Source: Barthelona sp. PCE (taxonomy: Eukaryota). Taken from it: 64,000 nucleotides of DNA. The position numbers were made by a program, and so were the translations under genes. The stretch lies in assembly GCA_040285745.1 (NCBI GenBank), contig JAUFOR010000002.1, positions 1,426,001-1,490,000 of the forward strand, given 5' to 3'. Below are positions 9,984 to 20,562 of this stretch, in pieces. A model generated the notes under the pieces. The model saw nothing but the letters and a program-made list of their open reading frames with translations. It was not told the DNA's origin and searched no databases. The stretch's first letter is position 1, and every line of letters begins with the position of its first letter.

Positions 9984-11127
9984 TCTTAAACGAATTTGAT
10001 AATGTAAAAGATTGAAAATGGGAAAACAAACTCACTGCAATTCCAACTCCCAAAATACATCCTTTGGACAGCCATTATGGGTAAAAAGTTAACGGGTCTG
10101 TGTATGTTATTGCTTGCTTGTACGTCAAAAAATTAAAATTATTGCAAAAATCGAAACTTTACATTTTTCCACTTTTAACTACTTTATCAACTTTAACATG
10201 CCCTAATTGAACAGTTTGCCATCCATAAAAGATTTTTAAACCTTTTCATGCCAAAGTTCATGATTAATGCTGGTTACAAACTAATCTTACAAATTGGTTG
10301 ATACTGTGTTACCCGGGTAGTTACCATTGAAACCGAGCTTTCAATCCAATAAACTTGTGAAATATTGAAAAATAATGTCACAAAAAAATTGCAGGGTGTT
10401 ACGTTTTTACTTTTACAGTTAAAATACGCATGCATAAAGTGTAAGTATTAATATCCTAAAGAAAATGAAGCTGTGGAGAGTGAATTGCTTTAATGAAAAA
10501 GTATTGTGTAATTATAAACTTTCATTTATATGTGCTTTTGCACTCATACAATATATTACAACTAGCTATATAAGAAAATATTAAAGTCATTATTCTTCTT
10601 AAATACTCTTTACTGTCTTTTTTTAACAAGAAAATTTATATTAGAGCAATCAAATTTCATTAAGGCTATGTTGAAAAACAATATAGGTGTTAAGATGTTT
10701 AATTACTAATAGAAGTAAAAAGAGGAGATGGATACTATTCGAATGTTTTTTATTTTAGTTTTTATGGAAGATTTTTAGATAAATATGCTTTATTGTGGTA
10801 CAATTGAAAAGTAGATATTGATTAAAATCCACCAAAAGAGTATGATACTTGAGAATTCATTTTCAATAAATATTACGTTTTGAAGAGATTTTCAGAGGTA
10901 CAGCGAGGGATATTTCATCGCTTTATATGCAGTGACATTCAACGAAGATTTTTTTTGTTTAAATAATGCAAAATTTTAAGTAGATTAGATACGAGCATAT
11001 TTTCTTTAGTCAGTGAACACATTGTGGAAATATAGATACAAATGGACTCTTTCCAGATATTAATATGTGGATAGCGTATTTGGAGTAACGTTTTCTTTTT
11101 CCTTACTATTATTTTTTGGATTTTGCA

Positions 11128-12099
11128 ATGGATTCCATTTACACCCATTCAACCACACAGGTTTTAAGGGTTAATTTCAAAGGGAAAGTGTTTCTTATTG
11201 ACGTAGGAGTTCATTTTGATGATACAAGCTCAATTGCTGATTTAAAGGTACATCTATCAAGTCTTTTTAGTCTCCCACAGCATAGAATACGTATTAAGAG
11301 AGGACTTCTGGGGTTAAATGACTTTCAATCTTTACTTCCAATCGTGGATGAGCTTGATGAAACTGACTCAGCATTAACAGCCCGTGACCTCGGACCACAG
11401 GTATCACCTCGTGTAGTGTATGTAATTGAGTACCTAGGCCCGATATTTGTCTGGCTTGCAGTATTCGCTCACCGGTATCTTTTTGTAGAATGTAGCAAGC
11501 AGTCACACACATGCCACACACTAACAGAGAACCACCGCCAGATCCTCGCATCCATCCTTTGGTTGTTACATTATGTTCGAAGGGCTGCTGAATCTATGTT
11601 TCTTCACAAATTCACGCATTCGACTTTCCCCATTAAATCTCTTTTCAAAAACTGCTTGTACTATTGGGGATTTGCGTTCTTCATCGCTCGCGACGTGTTC
11701 AAGCTGAAAAAGGGTGGTATTCCCTCAGTCCATGATTACCATTTCGTTTTAACTTTCTTCTGGGTAGTTTGTCAGTTCCTAAATCATTATTGCCACCGTG
11801 TTCTCCGAAAGCATGGTGATCGCGTGCTGAAACTCCCCTTCAAAGACGGCAAGCCACGTAGAATCTTACCTAAGAATTGGGTTTTTAAACTCTGTATTAC
11901 GCCTAATTATTTTTTCGAGGTTTTAACCTGGATTTCCTTTACAGGAATCACTAGAAGTATTGTATGCGCTCTTTTTACTATTCTGGGGTTCTTACAGATG
12001 TTTAAATGGGCTATGGATAAGAAGAAGAAACTTTTAGCAGATGGTAGTGATTATCAGAAGATCAAAAAAATGTCTGTGATTATGCCGTTTTTACTATGA
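11128..12099 (+). CDS. TECR: Very-long-chain enoyl-CoA reductase (TECR/Tsc13)
   Basis: Ubiquitin-like N-terminus, RDLGPQVSPRVVYVIEYLGP, HYVRRAAESMFLHKF, FKNCLYYWGF and PNYFFEVLTWISF. The first ATG was used as start. Confidence 0.9.
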   Translation: MDSIYTHSTTQVLRVNFKGKVFLIDVGVHFDDTSSIADLKVHLSSLFSLPQHRIRIKRGLLGLNDFQSLLPIVDELDETDSALTARDLGPQVSPRVVYVIEYLGPIFVWLAVFAHRYLFVECSKQSHTCHTLTENHRQILASILWLLHYVRRAAESMFLHKFTHSTFPIKSLFKNCLYYWGFAFFIARDVFKLKKGGIPSVHDYHFVLTFFWVVCQFLNHYCHRVLRKHGDRVLKLPFKDGKPRRILPKNWVFKLCITPNYFFEVLTWISFTGITRSIVCALFTILGFLQMFKWAMDKKKKLLADGSDYQKIKKMSVIMPFLL

Positions 12100-12125
12100 T
12101 ATGATAATGCTAATAAACTTATGCG

Positions 12126-13523
12126 TTAAGCGTCGAGAATAACGTTAGATTGATGACCAGTTAAAGAACAGTAGCCTTCACCGTTCTTATCTTTGATATA
12201 CCCAACAATAGACTTTTCAGTTTTGGAGGTGACCGTGGCTGATTGGCTGTAATTATTCAGTTGCACAGAACCCCAATCCGGGGCATCGTCCATGTAAAGG
12301 CTAAAAGTACCTGAATACTGTGATCCAATCGCAACGTATGCACCACCAAATCTACTCTTGAAATTAACGCTACCTTCAAGGATTTTGATGATTAAATCTC
12401 CGTTTTCGGACGTTCCAGAGAACTCAGATCCCTTCATTAGATGCCTAACTTCCATATCTCCCATAAATATTTCGACGAAGAATTTCTGAATGCTTGCAGT
12501 GTCTGACAGAAAATAGCCATTCTGTAACGTTACAGTACCGCTGGATGCTGTAAGATAATTGCCTCGGAAGTTACCCTGGAAGATCTTGGCAGTTACGGAT
12601 TGCACCTCCAGATTTTTGTAGTTAAAATTGCCATTCTCAAGTGTGACCCAGAGGGCACAGGACGGACATGAGTTGTCCCCAAACGTAGCGTTACCAAGAC
12701 TAGAAGAGATAGAAAAGCCACTTGTGAATTGAGACACAGTAAAGTCACCGTTTTCAAGCTTGAACGTAGCCTGGGTGGCAATGGATTGTACTTTGACGTC
12801 TCCTAGTGATAGAGACACATAGAAATCGTTTGTGATGTCCTTTACCGTCAGATCACCGTTTTCCAAGTTTAACCAGACAGAAAACGGTGTGTTATCGAAT
12901 TGAAAGTCGCCAATCATCGACTTTGCTTGAATTTTCTTTGTGGTAAAGGCGGACGTGAACATATTGTCACCATTATCATTGCTCAAATCAAGGTTGGAAG
13001 TGATTATGTTATCGAACTTAAAGTCTCCCAGCCTGGTTTTGACAGACATGGACTTTGCATTGATGTTGCTGAACTCCGACCACAACTCGTTGTGGATGTA
13101 CATATCTGTGGAGTAAGGGACCGCCCATGCGGTGTTCCACTCGAAATTTTGGAACATTACACCTTTGGGAAGGCTGAGGTGTATTGTGGGGATGCAGCAA
13201 GTGTGGTTGCTGGTGTAATAATCCTCAAATAAGTCAAAAACTAGAGTTTTATCACCTTCAACATCAACCACAAAGTTCTGGAACTCAATAACAGAGTTCT
13301 TTATAAAAATTTTTGCAACAATTTGATCTGAATCGGTGTAGTCCACTTTCAAAGACATTCTCCAACCAGTGAACCTGATATTCTGAACTGCAGATGGATC
13401 CACTGTGAAGTTAACGAGATGTGAGTGCAAAAGCGGAGGACATTTGTTGGTAACAACAGTTTCGTCAGCAGAGGTCAACAAAGCAAGCCCGAAAACGAAA
13501 AGTAAAGCTAATAGGAGCTTCAT
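12126..13523 (-). CDS. Secreted protein with DUF4097/putative-adhesin-like beta-strand repeats
   Basis: Signal peptide MKLLLALLFVFGLALLTSA followed by about 13 repeats of the type xLxxGDxxV at ~19-23 aa spacing. Confidence 0.75.
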   Translation of the reverse strand: MKLLLALLFVFGLALLTSADETVVTNKCPPLLHSHLVNFTVDPSAVQNIRFTGWRMSLKVDYTDSDQIVAKIFIKNSVIEFQNFVVDVEGDKTLVFDLFEDYYTSNHTCCIPTIHLSLPKGVMFQNFEWNTAWAVPYSTDMYIHNELWSEFSNINAKSMSVKTRLGDFKFDNIITSNLDLSNDNGDNMFTSAFTTKKIQAKSMIGDFQFDNTPFSVWLNLENGDLTVKDITNDFYVSLSLGDVKVQSIATQATFKLENGDFTVSQFTSGFSISSSLGNATFGDNSCPSCALWVTLENGNFNYKNLEVQSVTAKIFQGNFRGNYLTASSGTVTLQNGYFLSDTASIQKFFVEIFMGDMEVRHLMKGSEFSGTSENGDLIIKILEGSVNFKSRFGGAYVAIGSQYSGTFSLYMDDAPDWGSVQLNNYSQSATVTSKTEKSIVGYIKDKNGEGYCSLTGHQSNVILDA

Positions 13524-13728
13524 GAAGAAGTAAAGAGAGTTATAAGAAGAGTTAGAAGGAGGAGAAAAATGCAAACATGGGACTCATTTGTCTTTTACTT
13601 ACCTTATTTCCATCATTTGCATCAAAGCAGACTTCAAAGACCGGTTAGAAGCAGTTATATCCTCAATAGTTGTGTTTCCTTCATTTTCTCTCTTTCGAGC
13701 TTTATTCAATTTTTAAGCTGATTTAATT

Positions 13729-14199
13729 ATGTTAATTCCCACTTTTACAGATTTATGCAGCATTCTTCAAGGCAGATGGTCAAGGCTATTGGAGCAGCAT
13801 GCATTTGCAGAAACTTTTCCCTTCTTGGAGGAGGTATCGAACGAAATAGAGATTGTAAGTGTTAAAGAGAACAGCAACACATTCTCTTTACGGTGGTTTA
13901 AAATATCAGAAGATTTCACACGTCAACCTTTATGGCGCATGAGAATATGCGAAGAGAAGTCTGGATCTGTTAAGATTAGTGTGGATAGTAACACGATGCG
14001 TTGCGGTGACGGGTTTTATTGTCAAGCATCAGGCTGTATCCAGTTAAACATGAAACACGAAAAGGGAAGGATGATGCTTCAACTCCATATCGAAGAGGCT
14101 AATCGTATATCAATGATAAACACCTTCTTCACCAACAACCCAGAATCCAACGTGCCTCCTGTCCTATGGATGGGCGCTATGTATCGGATAGAGGTTTAG
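13729..14199 (+). CDS. Hypothetical protein
   Basis: 156-aa ATG-initiated ORF whose stop overlaps the stop of the convergent gene. Confidence 0.6.
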   Translation: MLIPTFTDLCSILQGRWSRLLEQHAFAETFPFLEEVSNEIEIVSVKENSNTFSLRWFKISEDFTRQPLWRMRICEEKSGSVKISVDSNTMRCGDGFYCQASGCIQLNMKHEKGRMMLQLHIEEANRISMINTFFTNNPESNVPPVLWMGAMYRIEV

Positions 14200-15431
14200 T
14201 ACTTGTTGAAAAGTAATTCAGTTATGTTCGGGTCTGACAATGCCTCCTGAAGGACGTTCAGGCGCTCCTCTCTGGAGTCGATGCGAAGGTTTCCTATGTA
14301 TGATATGAGAAGGTCAGAAAGTTGGTGCCTGTTTTTCTTCAACTTCACTAATTGGCTTCGTACACGTCGTACATTTGCACGCTCTACATTGAGTAAACGG
14401 CGCAGACGCAGGATTTCAACGTCAGATATTGTTTCTAAGTTATCCTCAACAGCTTCTTCCTTTACCTTTGATCCTGCAGTTCTCAGTTTCCTAGAAAACA
14501 CCTTTGTTGGCTTTCTTTGGGCAAGTAACTTCGCCTTGAGGATTGCTTGGTACTGCTTGAGGATAATTTTTTTTTGATTAAGCTCCTGTAAAGTACTTTT
14601 TTTGGAACCCATCACAAGACATTTCTCACCTAAATTAAGCTTTAATTGCTTATTTTTATCCAGTAAACCATCGTTCTTTGTCTGTACAATCTGTATTTGA
14701 TCACGTAAAAGCTTGTTTTCTTTCAATAAATTCCCCTCATTCATGTTTAAAATTTGTTCTTCATTTGATTGCTCGTTCTGATCAAAATTAAAACTTTGGA
14801 GCTTTAAATTCTTACGGAGATTAAATGTGGAATGTATAAGACTCTTTTGCTTCTTTGAAGAGATTGCAGATTGCTTTAAAAAGTTCTTTAATCCTTCATC
14901 CAAATTTTTTTGAAATTGACTGAAATTCATATCTGAAGATTCCTTTGTATGTTGTTTTTTATCCTGCAGGGCTTCCTGACACTCATCCAAGAGGGATCTG
15001 ATTTCATTACTAAAGGCCTTTGTCCTATTTTCATAGGTATTTTTCTTCTGTTTTAAACTTACTTCAAGTTTCTCGTTTTCATTCTTCAGTTCACTGAATT
15101 CCATCATCAATTGAGAGTGTAACCTCACGTTTGTCCAGTATGAACTCCTTGTTGAATACTTTGGGCGCTTTTTCACGGTTTTTTTTTGAGTTTCCTCGCG
15201 ACTCATTTGGGAAAATGGTACAATAGGTTCTGGGTTGCGAGGCTCAAGATTGAGGTACTTCATTCGTAAACGGTGCACTTCTGACATCTCAGAACTTGAA
15301 TTTTTGGATGCGATTGATGTTGGCTCTTTAACCTTGCGCATGAAGCTGCTCATGGTTGTGGGCTGCGTGATTTCGCTTGTCCCGTACGAAAATGAAGGCA
15401 GGGCTGTGCTACTCTGCCTCAGACTCGACAT
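14196..15431 (-). CDS. Coiled-coil hypothetical protein
   Basis: 411-aa ORF rich in K/E/Q/L heptad-like segments. Confidence 0.75.
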   Translation of the reverse strand: MSSLRQSSTALPSFSYGTSEITQPTTMSSFMRKVKEPTSIASKNSSSEMSEVHRLRMKYLNLEPRNPEPIVPFSQMSREETQKKTVKKRPKYSTRSSYWTNVRLHSQLMMEFSELKNENEKLEVSLKQKKNTYENRTKAFSNEIRSLLDECQEALQDKKQHTKESSDMNFSQFQKNLDEGLKNFLKQSAISSKKQKSLIHSTFNLRKNLKLQSFNFDQNEQSNEEQILNMNEGNLLKENKLLRDQIQIVQTKNDGLLDKNKQLKLNLGEKCLVMGSKKSTLQELNQKKIILKQYQAILKAKLLAQRKPTKVFSRKLRTAGSKVKEEAVEDNLETISDVEILRLRRLLNVERANVRRVRSQLVKLKKNRHQLSDLLISYIGNLRIDSREERLNVLQEALSDPNITELLFNKY

Positions 15432-15439
15432 AGAAAAGG

Positions 15440-16354
15440 ATGAATTTGTTATTACAATGTGTTAACGGATTGTTCTTCCTTTTCAAGTGTTCAATGCTTT
15501 CAGTTGATGGATTGAACCTGTCAACGCCATATGTAGATGAGGAACCAGTTAATCGACCTGCACCACAACAAATACAGGCTTCTGATTTAGAGAGCACCCA
15601 ACAAGTTGAGGCAGAGGGTCATGCGTATAATATTTGGACGAATAGATGGATTAAACACGATTGGAATCCATCCTCCAACAAGGTTTTTGTTAATGAGTAT
15701 TGTCTTAACTTAGAAACTGATTGTGGCTGTACAGAAGGATTTAAACGGAGGGGACAACGATTTTTATGCATCAATTTTGCACGTGGGCGATGCTACAAAG
15801 GTGATAAATGCACGTATTTGCATTATCCTCCATTTGCATCATTTTTTACACGAATTCCCCGTGAAAGAGATGTTTTTGGACGCCGAAGACATCTAGAGGA
15901 CGCTGATATAGCATCTGCTGTCGGTAGTATGAGGCGAGATTGCAAGACAGTTGCTTTTATAAATATTGACACCAAGAACAAGAGTTTTACAGACAAACTA
16001 GTACGGTTTTGCAGTAAGTTTGCAGCGATTGTTGGATATACAATGAATACAGAGTTAGGAGTAATGTTTTTAACAGCGGAATCCAGAATTCAAGCAGAGT
16101 TTTTGAAAGTTGCAGTTCGAGGACAAAAGCTCCCCACTACAAAGTTCATTATTGAGGCACGGTGGCCTACAATTGGAGAGGCAGGTTATATACATGATGA
16201 TCTGTATGATTCAATGGGCAAACAAGAAGTTGAGGAAGAATTCTATGAGAGAGGGGAACCTAGGCGGAAGAAGCAGGCCATTCAGCGGAAAAAGGGGCCA
16301 AGTGCTGCTACAAAGGCATATATTGATGCTTTAAGTTTTGTTCCTGACATGTAA
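15440..16354 (+). CDS. CWC2: Pre-mRNA splicing factor Cwc2/Cwf2 (Torus, CCCH zinc finger, RRM)
   Basis: RPAPQQI, YNIWTNRW, CINFARGRCYKGDKCTYLH, RDVFGRRRH, AEFLKVAVRGQKL and ARWP. True start may be the Met at 15494. Confidence 0.85.
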   Translation: MNLLLQCVNGLFFLFKCSMLSVDGLNLSTPYVDEEPVNRPAPQQIQASDLESTQQVEAEGHAYNIWTNRWIKHDWNPSSNKVFVNEYCLNLETDCGCTEGFKRRGQRFLCINFARGRCYKGDKCTYLHYPPFASFFTRIPRERDVFGRRRHLEDADIASAVGSMRRDCKTVAFINIDTKNKSFTDKLVRFCSKFAAIVGYTMNTELGVMFLTAESRIQAEFLKVAVRGQKLPTTKFIIEARWPTIGEAGYIHDDLYDSMGKQEVEEEFYERGEPRRKKQAIQRKKGPSAATKAYIDALSFVPDM

Positions 16355-16394
16355 AGACCAGTTTGCTATCTTTCTGTTTTCTAACCATTTCAAC

Positions 16395-17174
16395 ATGACA
16401 GAATACGAGGAAGGGCATTTAGCAGTTAAGGACGAGGCAAGAGATATCGTCGATGACTTATTTAGTGATTCTAGTGATGAAGAGGAACCAACTTTTGTTG
16501 TTGGAATGCTTGAGGATCACAGCGGGCGCAGGGGCATGGGATCTGAAAAGGTCACAGCATCTGAGGAGCCTAAACTAAAGGTTAGGAGGCATCAGATTCA
16601 TAAAAAGCAAGAAACTGAGGATGTTGGCTTTGCTCAAGAAGATTCTTTGCTCAACGCACTGGATTCCACCCGCAAGCAACGTAATGCTATTCCAGAAAGG
16701 AAAAAGCGACGTGCCAGTGGGTTACCCACAGAACCCAAGGTTGTTGTTCAGAAGCAGGGCAAAACAGAGGTTAGAGAGCAGCCTAAGATCGTCGACAACC
16801 ACGCACAACACGAAGAATCAGACGAAAAACCACGTCGAAAGAAGAAAAAGAAGAAGAGATCGAAAATGAAGAACATTAGAAAGGATAAGAGAAACAAGGA
16901 TCATAAACCTGGAGGTACACAGTATAAGGGAGAAGTGAACTATAGAGAAAGACAGGAGCCACCAAAGGCATTGTCCATTGAGGAGAAGCTAGCTAAGCAA
17001 GAAAAGCATTATAGGAAGCTGAAGCAGTCTTCTAAACACGGGGTTAAAAATCTTGTGGACGGAATTCACGTGTTTGATGAGAAGAAAGCAGCCGGAAAGA
17101 AAAAGATAAAATTTGCTAATTTTGCCAATTTTGCAAGAAAGAAAAAATCTGGAGGGATTCTTGATGCTCTTTAG
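16395..17174 (+). CDS. Lys/Arg-rich hypothetical (probably nuclear or nucleolar) protein
   Basis: Acidic N-terminus plus basic NLS-like runs (KPRRKKKKKKRSK). The first ATG was used as start. Confidence 0.7.
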   Translation: MTEYEEGHLAVKDEARDIVDDLFSDSSDEEEPTFVVGMLEDHSGRRGMGSEKVTASEEPKLKVRRHQIHKKQETEDVGFAQEDSLLNALDSTRKQRNAIPERKKRRASGLPTEPKVVVQKQGKTEVREQPKIVDNHAQHEESDEKPRRKKKKKKRSKMKNIRKDKRNKDHKPGGTQYKGEVNYRERQEPPKALSIEEKLAKQEKHYRKLKQSSKHGVKNLVDGIHVFDEKKAAGKKKIKFANFANFARKKKSGGILDAL

Positions 17175-17397
17175 TTGAGGTGTGTTGTTGTGGAAAGGTA
17201 GTACGCGATTATGATGATGAAACATGCAGTTTCTCTCTTACAGGGATAATGTTTAAAGTTTAGGCGAAGTGGCTGAAATGTTAGAGCCGCACAAAATCAT
17301 TGGTATATATTTAAAGTAAAATGTGGACCTATTTTTTTCGCAACAATTCTCACTTTATCTGTGTTGTGGCGCATATACTAAGGTATAAATAGACCTT

Positions 17398-20300
17398 ATG
17401 AATCCCTTTAGTCATAATAATCTCTCACAGAGCGAACTGCAAAAAAAAAAAACTCGTTTTCTTTTTCTTTTTCTTTACTTAATACGCAAAGTGTCAGAAG
17501 AGCTAGAACCACTCATAAAAATGGCAAATAGTACCGAACCCACTGAGGAAGAACAACTTTTGCAACCAGCTCCTAAAATACGACACATTCATTTCAAAAA
17601 GGGCAATATTTCAACAACGCCTGAGGAGAACATTGACACCACAAACGCTGTTAAGAACACAAAGTACAACAAATGGACGTTCCTCCCCAAAACGATATAT
17701 AATCAGTTTAAATATTTTAATAATCTGTTTTTCTTGCTGTTGGCATTGACCCAATTCGTCAAGGTGCTGAGTGTAGGATTTCTTTTCACTTATGTCTCCC
17801 CCCTCATAATTATTTTGATGTTGAGTGGAGGTAAAGAACTTTTTGAACACATTGGCTTATTAAAGTCAGACAGGCAAGTCAACGAGAAGGAGTTCCAGAT
17901 CATGGATCCCTCAGGAGAGTTAAAAAAGGTCCAGAGTCAGGAATTAAGGGTAGGTGACATCTTACACTTGAAGTCAGGGGATGAGATACCATGTGATTGT
18001 CTTTTGTTGAGGAGTTCAGAGAAGAACGGTACCTGTTTCATTAGTACCATGCAGCTGGATGGAGAACAAGACTATAAACTTCGTAGAGCGCTATCATTAA
18101 CTCAACCTTTGACTGATATAACTGATGTCTTCAAGATGAAGTTTGCTGTGCAGTACGAGCAGCCCAGGAAGGAGATATACGACTTTGTTGGCCGCATAGA
18201 GATGGATGATGGAACGATGGAACCGCTTAGTTTGGAGAATACACTTTGGGGGTCAACCACGGTTAAGTCTGGTAATCATTACGTCATGGTACTGTACACG
18301 GGTGTGGATACAAGAACGAGCCAGAACAAGGCAAAACCGGTGTATAAGTTCGGTGTGTTTGACGCTGAGAGCAACCGAATGTCGAAGCAGCTCTTTGGGT
18401 TGCTGGTTTGTTTAAGTATTGTATTGCTCATATTTCGCGGATTCAATGCCATTTGGTATGTGTATCTTATCCGCTATATTGTTATTCTTGCGAGTATTAT
18501 ACCAACATCTATGAAGGTTAACCAGGATCTTTCTCGTATTCTTTTTAAGAGGGAGATCGAGAAAGGTGACCCAGATTTGGAGAACTGCATCCTTCGTAAC
18601 TCAAACTTAGCAGAGGAATTAGGCCGCATTTCATTCCTATGCTCAGATAAGACGGGAACACTAACACAAAATGTTATGGAGGTGAAGAAATTAAACACTG
18701 GAAACTTGATTCTCCTTCCTGAGAACTCCAAAGAGCTCGGTGAGATAATCCGTAACCACGATGAGGATCCTTACGAGATTCAAATGCACCTCTCACCTGA
18801 GTTGAAGGCACGTGAGGCCCTCATGTGTTTATTGCTTTGTCACAACGTCACCCCTGTTGAGGAGGATGGCACCCGCGTGTTGCAGGCCAGCTCTCCAGAT
18901 GAAATTGCGCTGGTGGAGTTTGCTGAGAAGTGCGGTTACAGATTGAAACAGCGTGAGATTGATTGGATGGACATTGTAACCCCTGCTGGCACGACCCGTA
19001 GATATAAGATCGAGCACGTATTTCCTTTCAGCTCTGCCAGGAAGAGAATGGGTATTGTGTTAAGGGATACGCAGACAAACATCATTTATTACTATCTGAA
19101 GGGTGCCGACTCAATCATGTTCCCGCTGGTTGATGCTCCGTGGATCACATCGGCTCAGGAGGCCGTTGAGCATTACAGTAGAGAGGGTTTAAGAACACTT
19201 GTCTTTAGTGGGCGGATTTTGAGTGAAGCAGAGCTAGAAGCATTCAGTGCTCTCGCTGCTGAAGCTGATGCCGCGCTCATTGGCAGACAGGAGAAGACAA
19301 ACGCCGCAATCGCTACTCTTGAAAATAACATGGTACTGTTGGCCGTATCAGGTGTCGAGGATAAGCTGCAGGAGGGCGTGCGCCCGAGCCTTGAGTTTCT
19401 TAGAAACGCAGGCATCCGCATATGGGTACTGACAGGAGACAAATCTACAACTGCAATGACAATTGCTCGTTCTTCATGCCTTGTATCAAGGACAATGCGT
19501 TTCTTTATATTTAAGGGAGGCAGCAACTCCATGAAGTCAATTGCTAAGATCAAGAACAGTGGTTATCAACACGCTATCGTCATTGAGGGCTCAACAATAT
19601 CCTATGTGTTGAAGCACCATAAAGAGGTTTTTATCAAGTGCGCATTGCGTTGTCCTATTGTTCTTGCATCGCGTTGCTCCCCTACGCAAAAGGCAGAACT
19701 GGTTGCTCTTCTCATTAAGTACAGCGGAAAGCGTGTGGCGGCTATTGGCGATGGTGGAAACGACTGCGCAATGATCTCTACTGCGCATCTTGGTGTAGGT
19801 CTGGAGGGTAAGGAAGGCTCTCAAGCAAGTTTGACCGGTGATATATCTCTTAAACAGTTCAGTCATTTGACTAGAGTTCTATTTTATGGACGTAAGTTCT
19901 ACAATAATGCATGTAACCTGAGTAACTTTGTCGGACACCGCGGTTTGTTGATCAGTTATGTTTGTTTCCTCAACATCTGCTGTTTCTACTTTAGTGCAGT
20001 TAGTGCATTCAGTGGCACTTTGTTGTTCTGTTTCACGAGTGTTTATTTGGTTTTCCCTGTTTTTGCGCTTGCGCTTGACAACGACATCACACCATCAATG
20101 CTCTCAAAGTACCCACAGCTGTACCGACCCAACAGATCTTTGATAAACATCAAGTCTTTTATCACATGGAACTTTATATCATTATTCCAAGCCTCTATTG
20201 CATTCTTTGTTGGTCTGCTTTGGTTCGGAAAGACAACAAACGCCATTCAATCTGTTGTTTTCACGGCACTTGTTCTAACTGAGATCTTTAATATCGCAGT

Positions 20301-20526
20301 AGAAGTGCGTACATGGACAAAATGGATGGTTATCAGTGAAGTAGGTAGTGTTATCATATATATAGTTTCAATTTTCTTCTTACCTTTTGACTTCGATCTA
20401 ACATTCATCATGACAAAATCATTTTTGTTGGGTAGTTTGATTTCATTTGCAATTAGTTTCATTCCAGTGTTTGTTGTCACTTTAATCGATCAAAGGATTA
20501 ATACTCCTCCAGAATATATGCTGTAA
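17398..20526 (+). CDS. P4-type ATPase phospholipid flippase, Neo1/ATP9 subgroup
   Basis: LDGEQDYK, IIPTSMKVNQDL, DKTGTLTQN, SSPDEIALV, WVLTGDK and AIGDGGND. Likely start at ATG 17521. Confidence 0.93.
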   Translation: MNPFSHNNLSQSELQKKKTRFLFLFLYLIRKVSEELEPLIKMANSTEPTEEEQLLQPAPKIRHIHFKKGNISTTPEENIDTTNAVKNTKYNKWTFLPKTIYNQFKYFNNLFFLLLALTQFVKVLSVGFLFTYVSPLIIILMLSGGKELFEHIGLLKSDRQVNEKEFQIMDPSGELKKVQSQELRVGDILHLKSGDEIPCDCLLLRSSEKNGTCFISTMQLDGEQDYKLRRALSLTQPLTDITDVFKMKFAVQYEQPRKEIYDFVGRIEMDDGTMEPLSLENTLWGSTTVKSGNHYVMVLYTGVDTRTSQNKAKPVYKFGVFDAESNRMSKQLFGLLVCLSIVLLIFRGFNAIWYVYLIRYIVILASIIPTSMKVNQDLSRILFKREIEKGDPDLENCILRNSNLAEELGRISFLCSDKTGTLTQNVMEVKKLNTGNLILLPENSKELGEIIRNHDEDPYEIQMHLSPELKAREALMCLLLCHNVTPVEEDGTRVLQASSPDEIALVEFAEKCGYRLKQREIDWMDIVTPAGTTRRYKIEHVFPFSSARKRMGIVLRDTQTNIIYYYLKGADSIMFPLVDAPWITSAQEAVEHYSREGLRTLVFSGRILSEAELEAFSALAAEADAALIGRQEKTNAAIATLENNMVLLAVSGVEDKLQEGVRPSLEFLRNAGIRIWVLTGDKSTTAMTIARSSCLVSRTMRFFIFKGGSNSMKSIAKIKNSGYQHAIVIEGSTISYVLKHHKEVFIKCALRCPIVLASRCSPTQKAELVALLIKYSGKRVAAIGDGGNDCAMISTAHLGVGLEGKEGSQASLTGDISLKQFSHLTRVLFYGRKFYNNACNLSNFVGHRGLLISYVCFLNICCFYFSAVSAFSGTLLFCFTSVYLVFPVFALALDNDITPSMLSKYPQLYRPNRSLINIKSFITWNFISLFQASIAFFVGLLWFGKTTNAIQSVVFTALVLTEIFNIAVEVRTWTKWMVISEVGSVIIYIVSIFFLPFDFDLTFIMTKSFLLGSLISFAISFIPVFVVTLIDQRINTPPEYML

Positions 20527-20562
20527 ATAATCAATAGCTACTATTTATTAACATATAAAAGT

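Noticed and set aside
9985-10035. Possible GTGAGT...AAG intron extending the kleisin N-terminus
   Set aside because: Splicing would not be in frame with the upstream ATGs, and the 3' end lacks the A at -8 seen in the supported introns.
10308-10333. RFX X-box-like motifs
   Set aside because: The matches are imperfect, the flanking genes are not ciliary, and RFX factors are not expected in the inferred lineage. Kept only as palindromes.
10939-11148. Short ORFs in the AT-rich gaps (10939-11148, 26502-26801)
   Set aside because: They have non-coding composition and no recognisable motifs.
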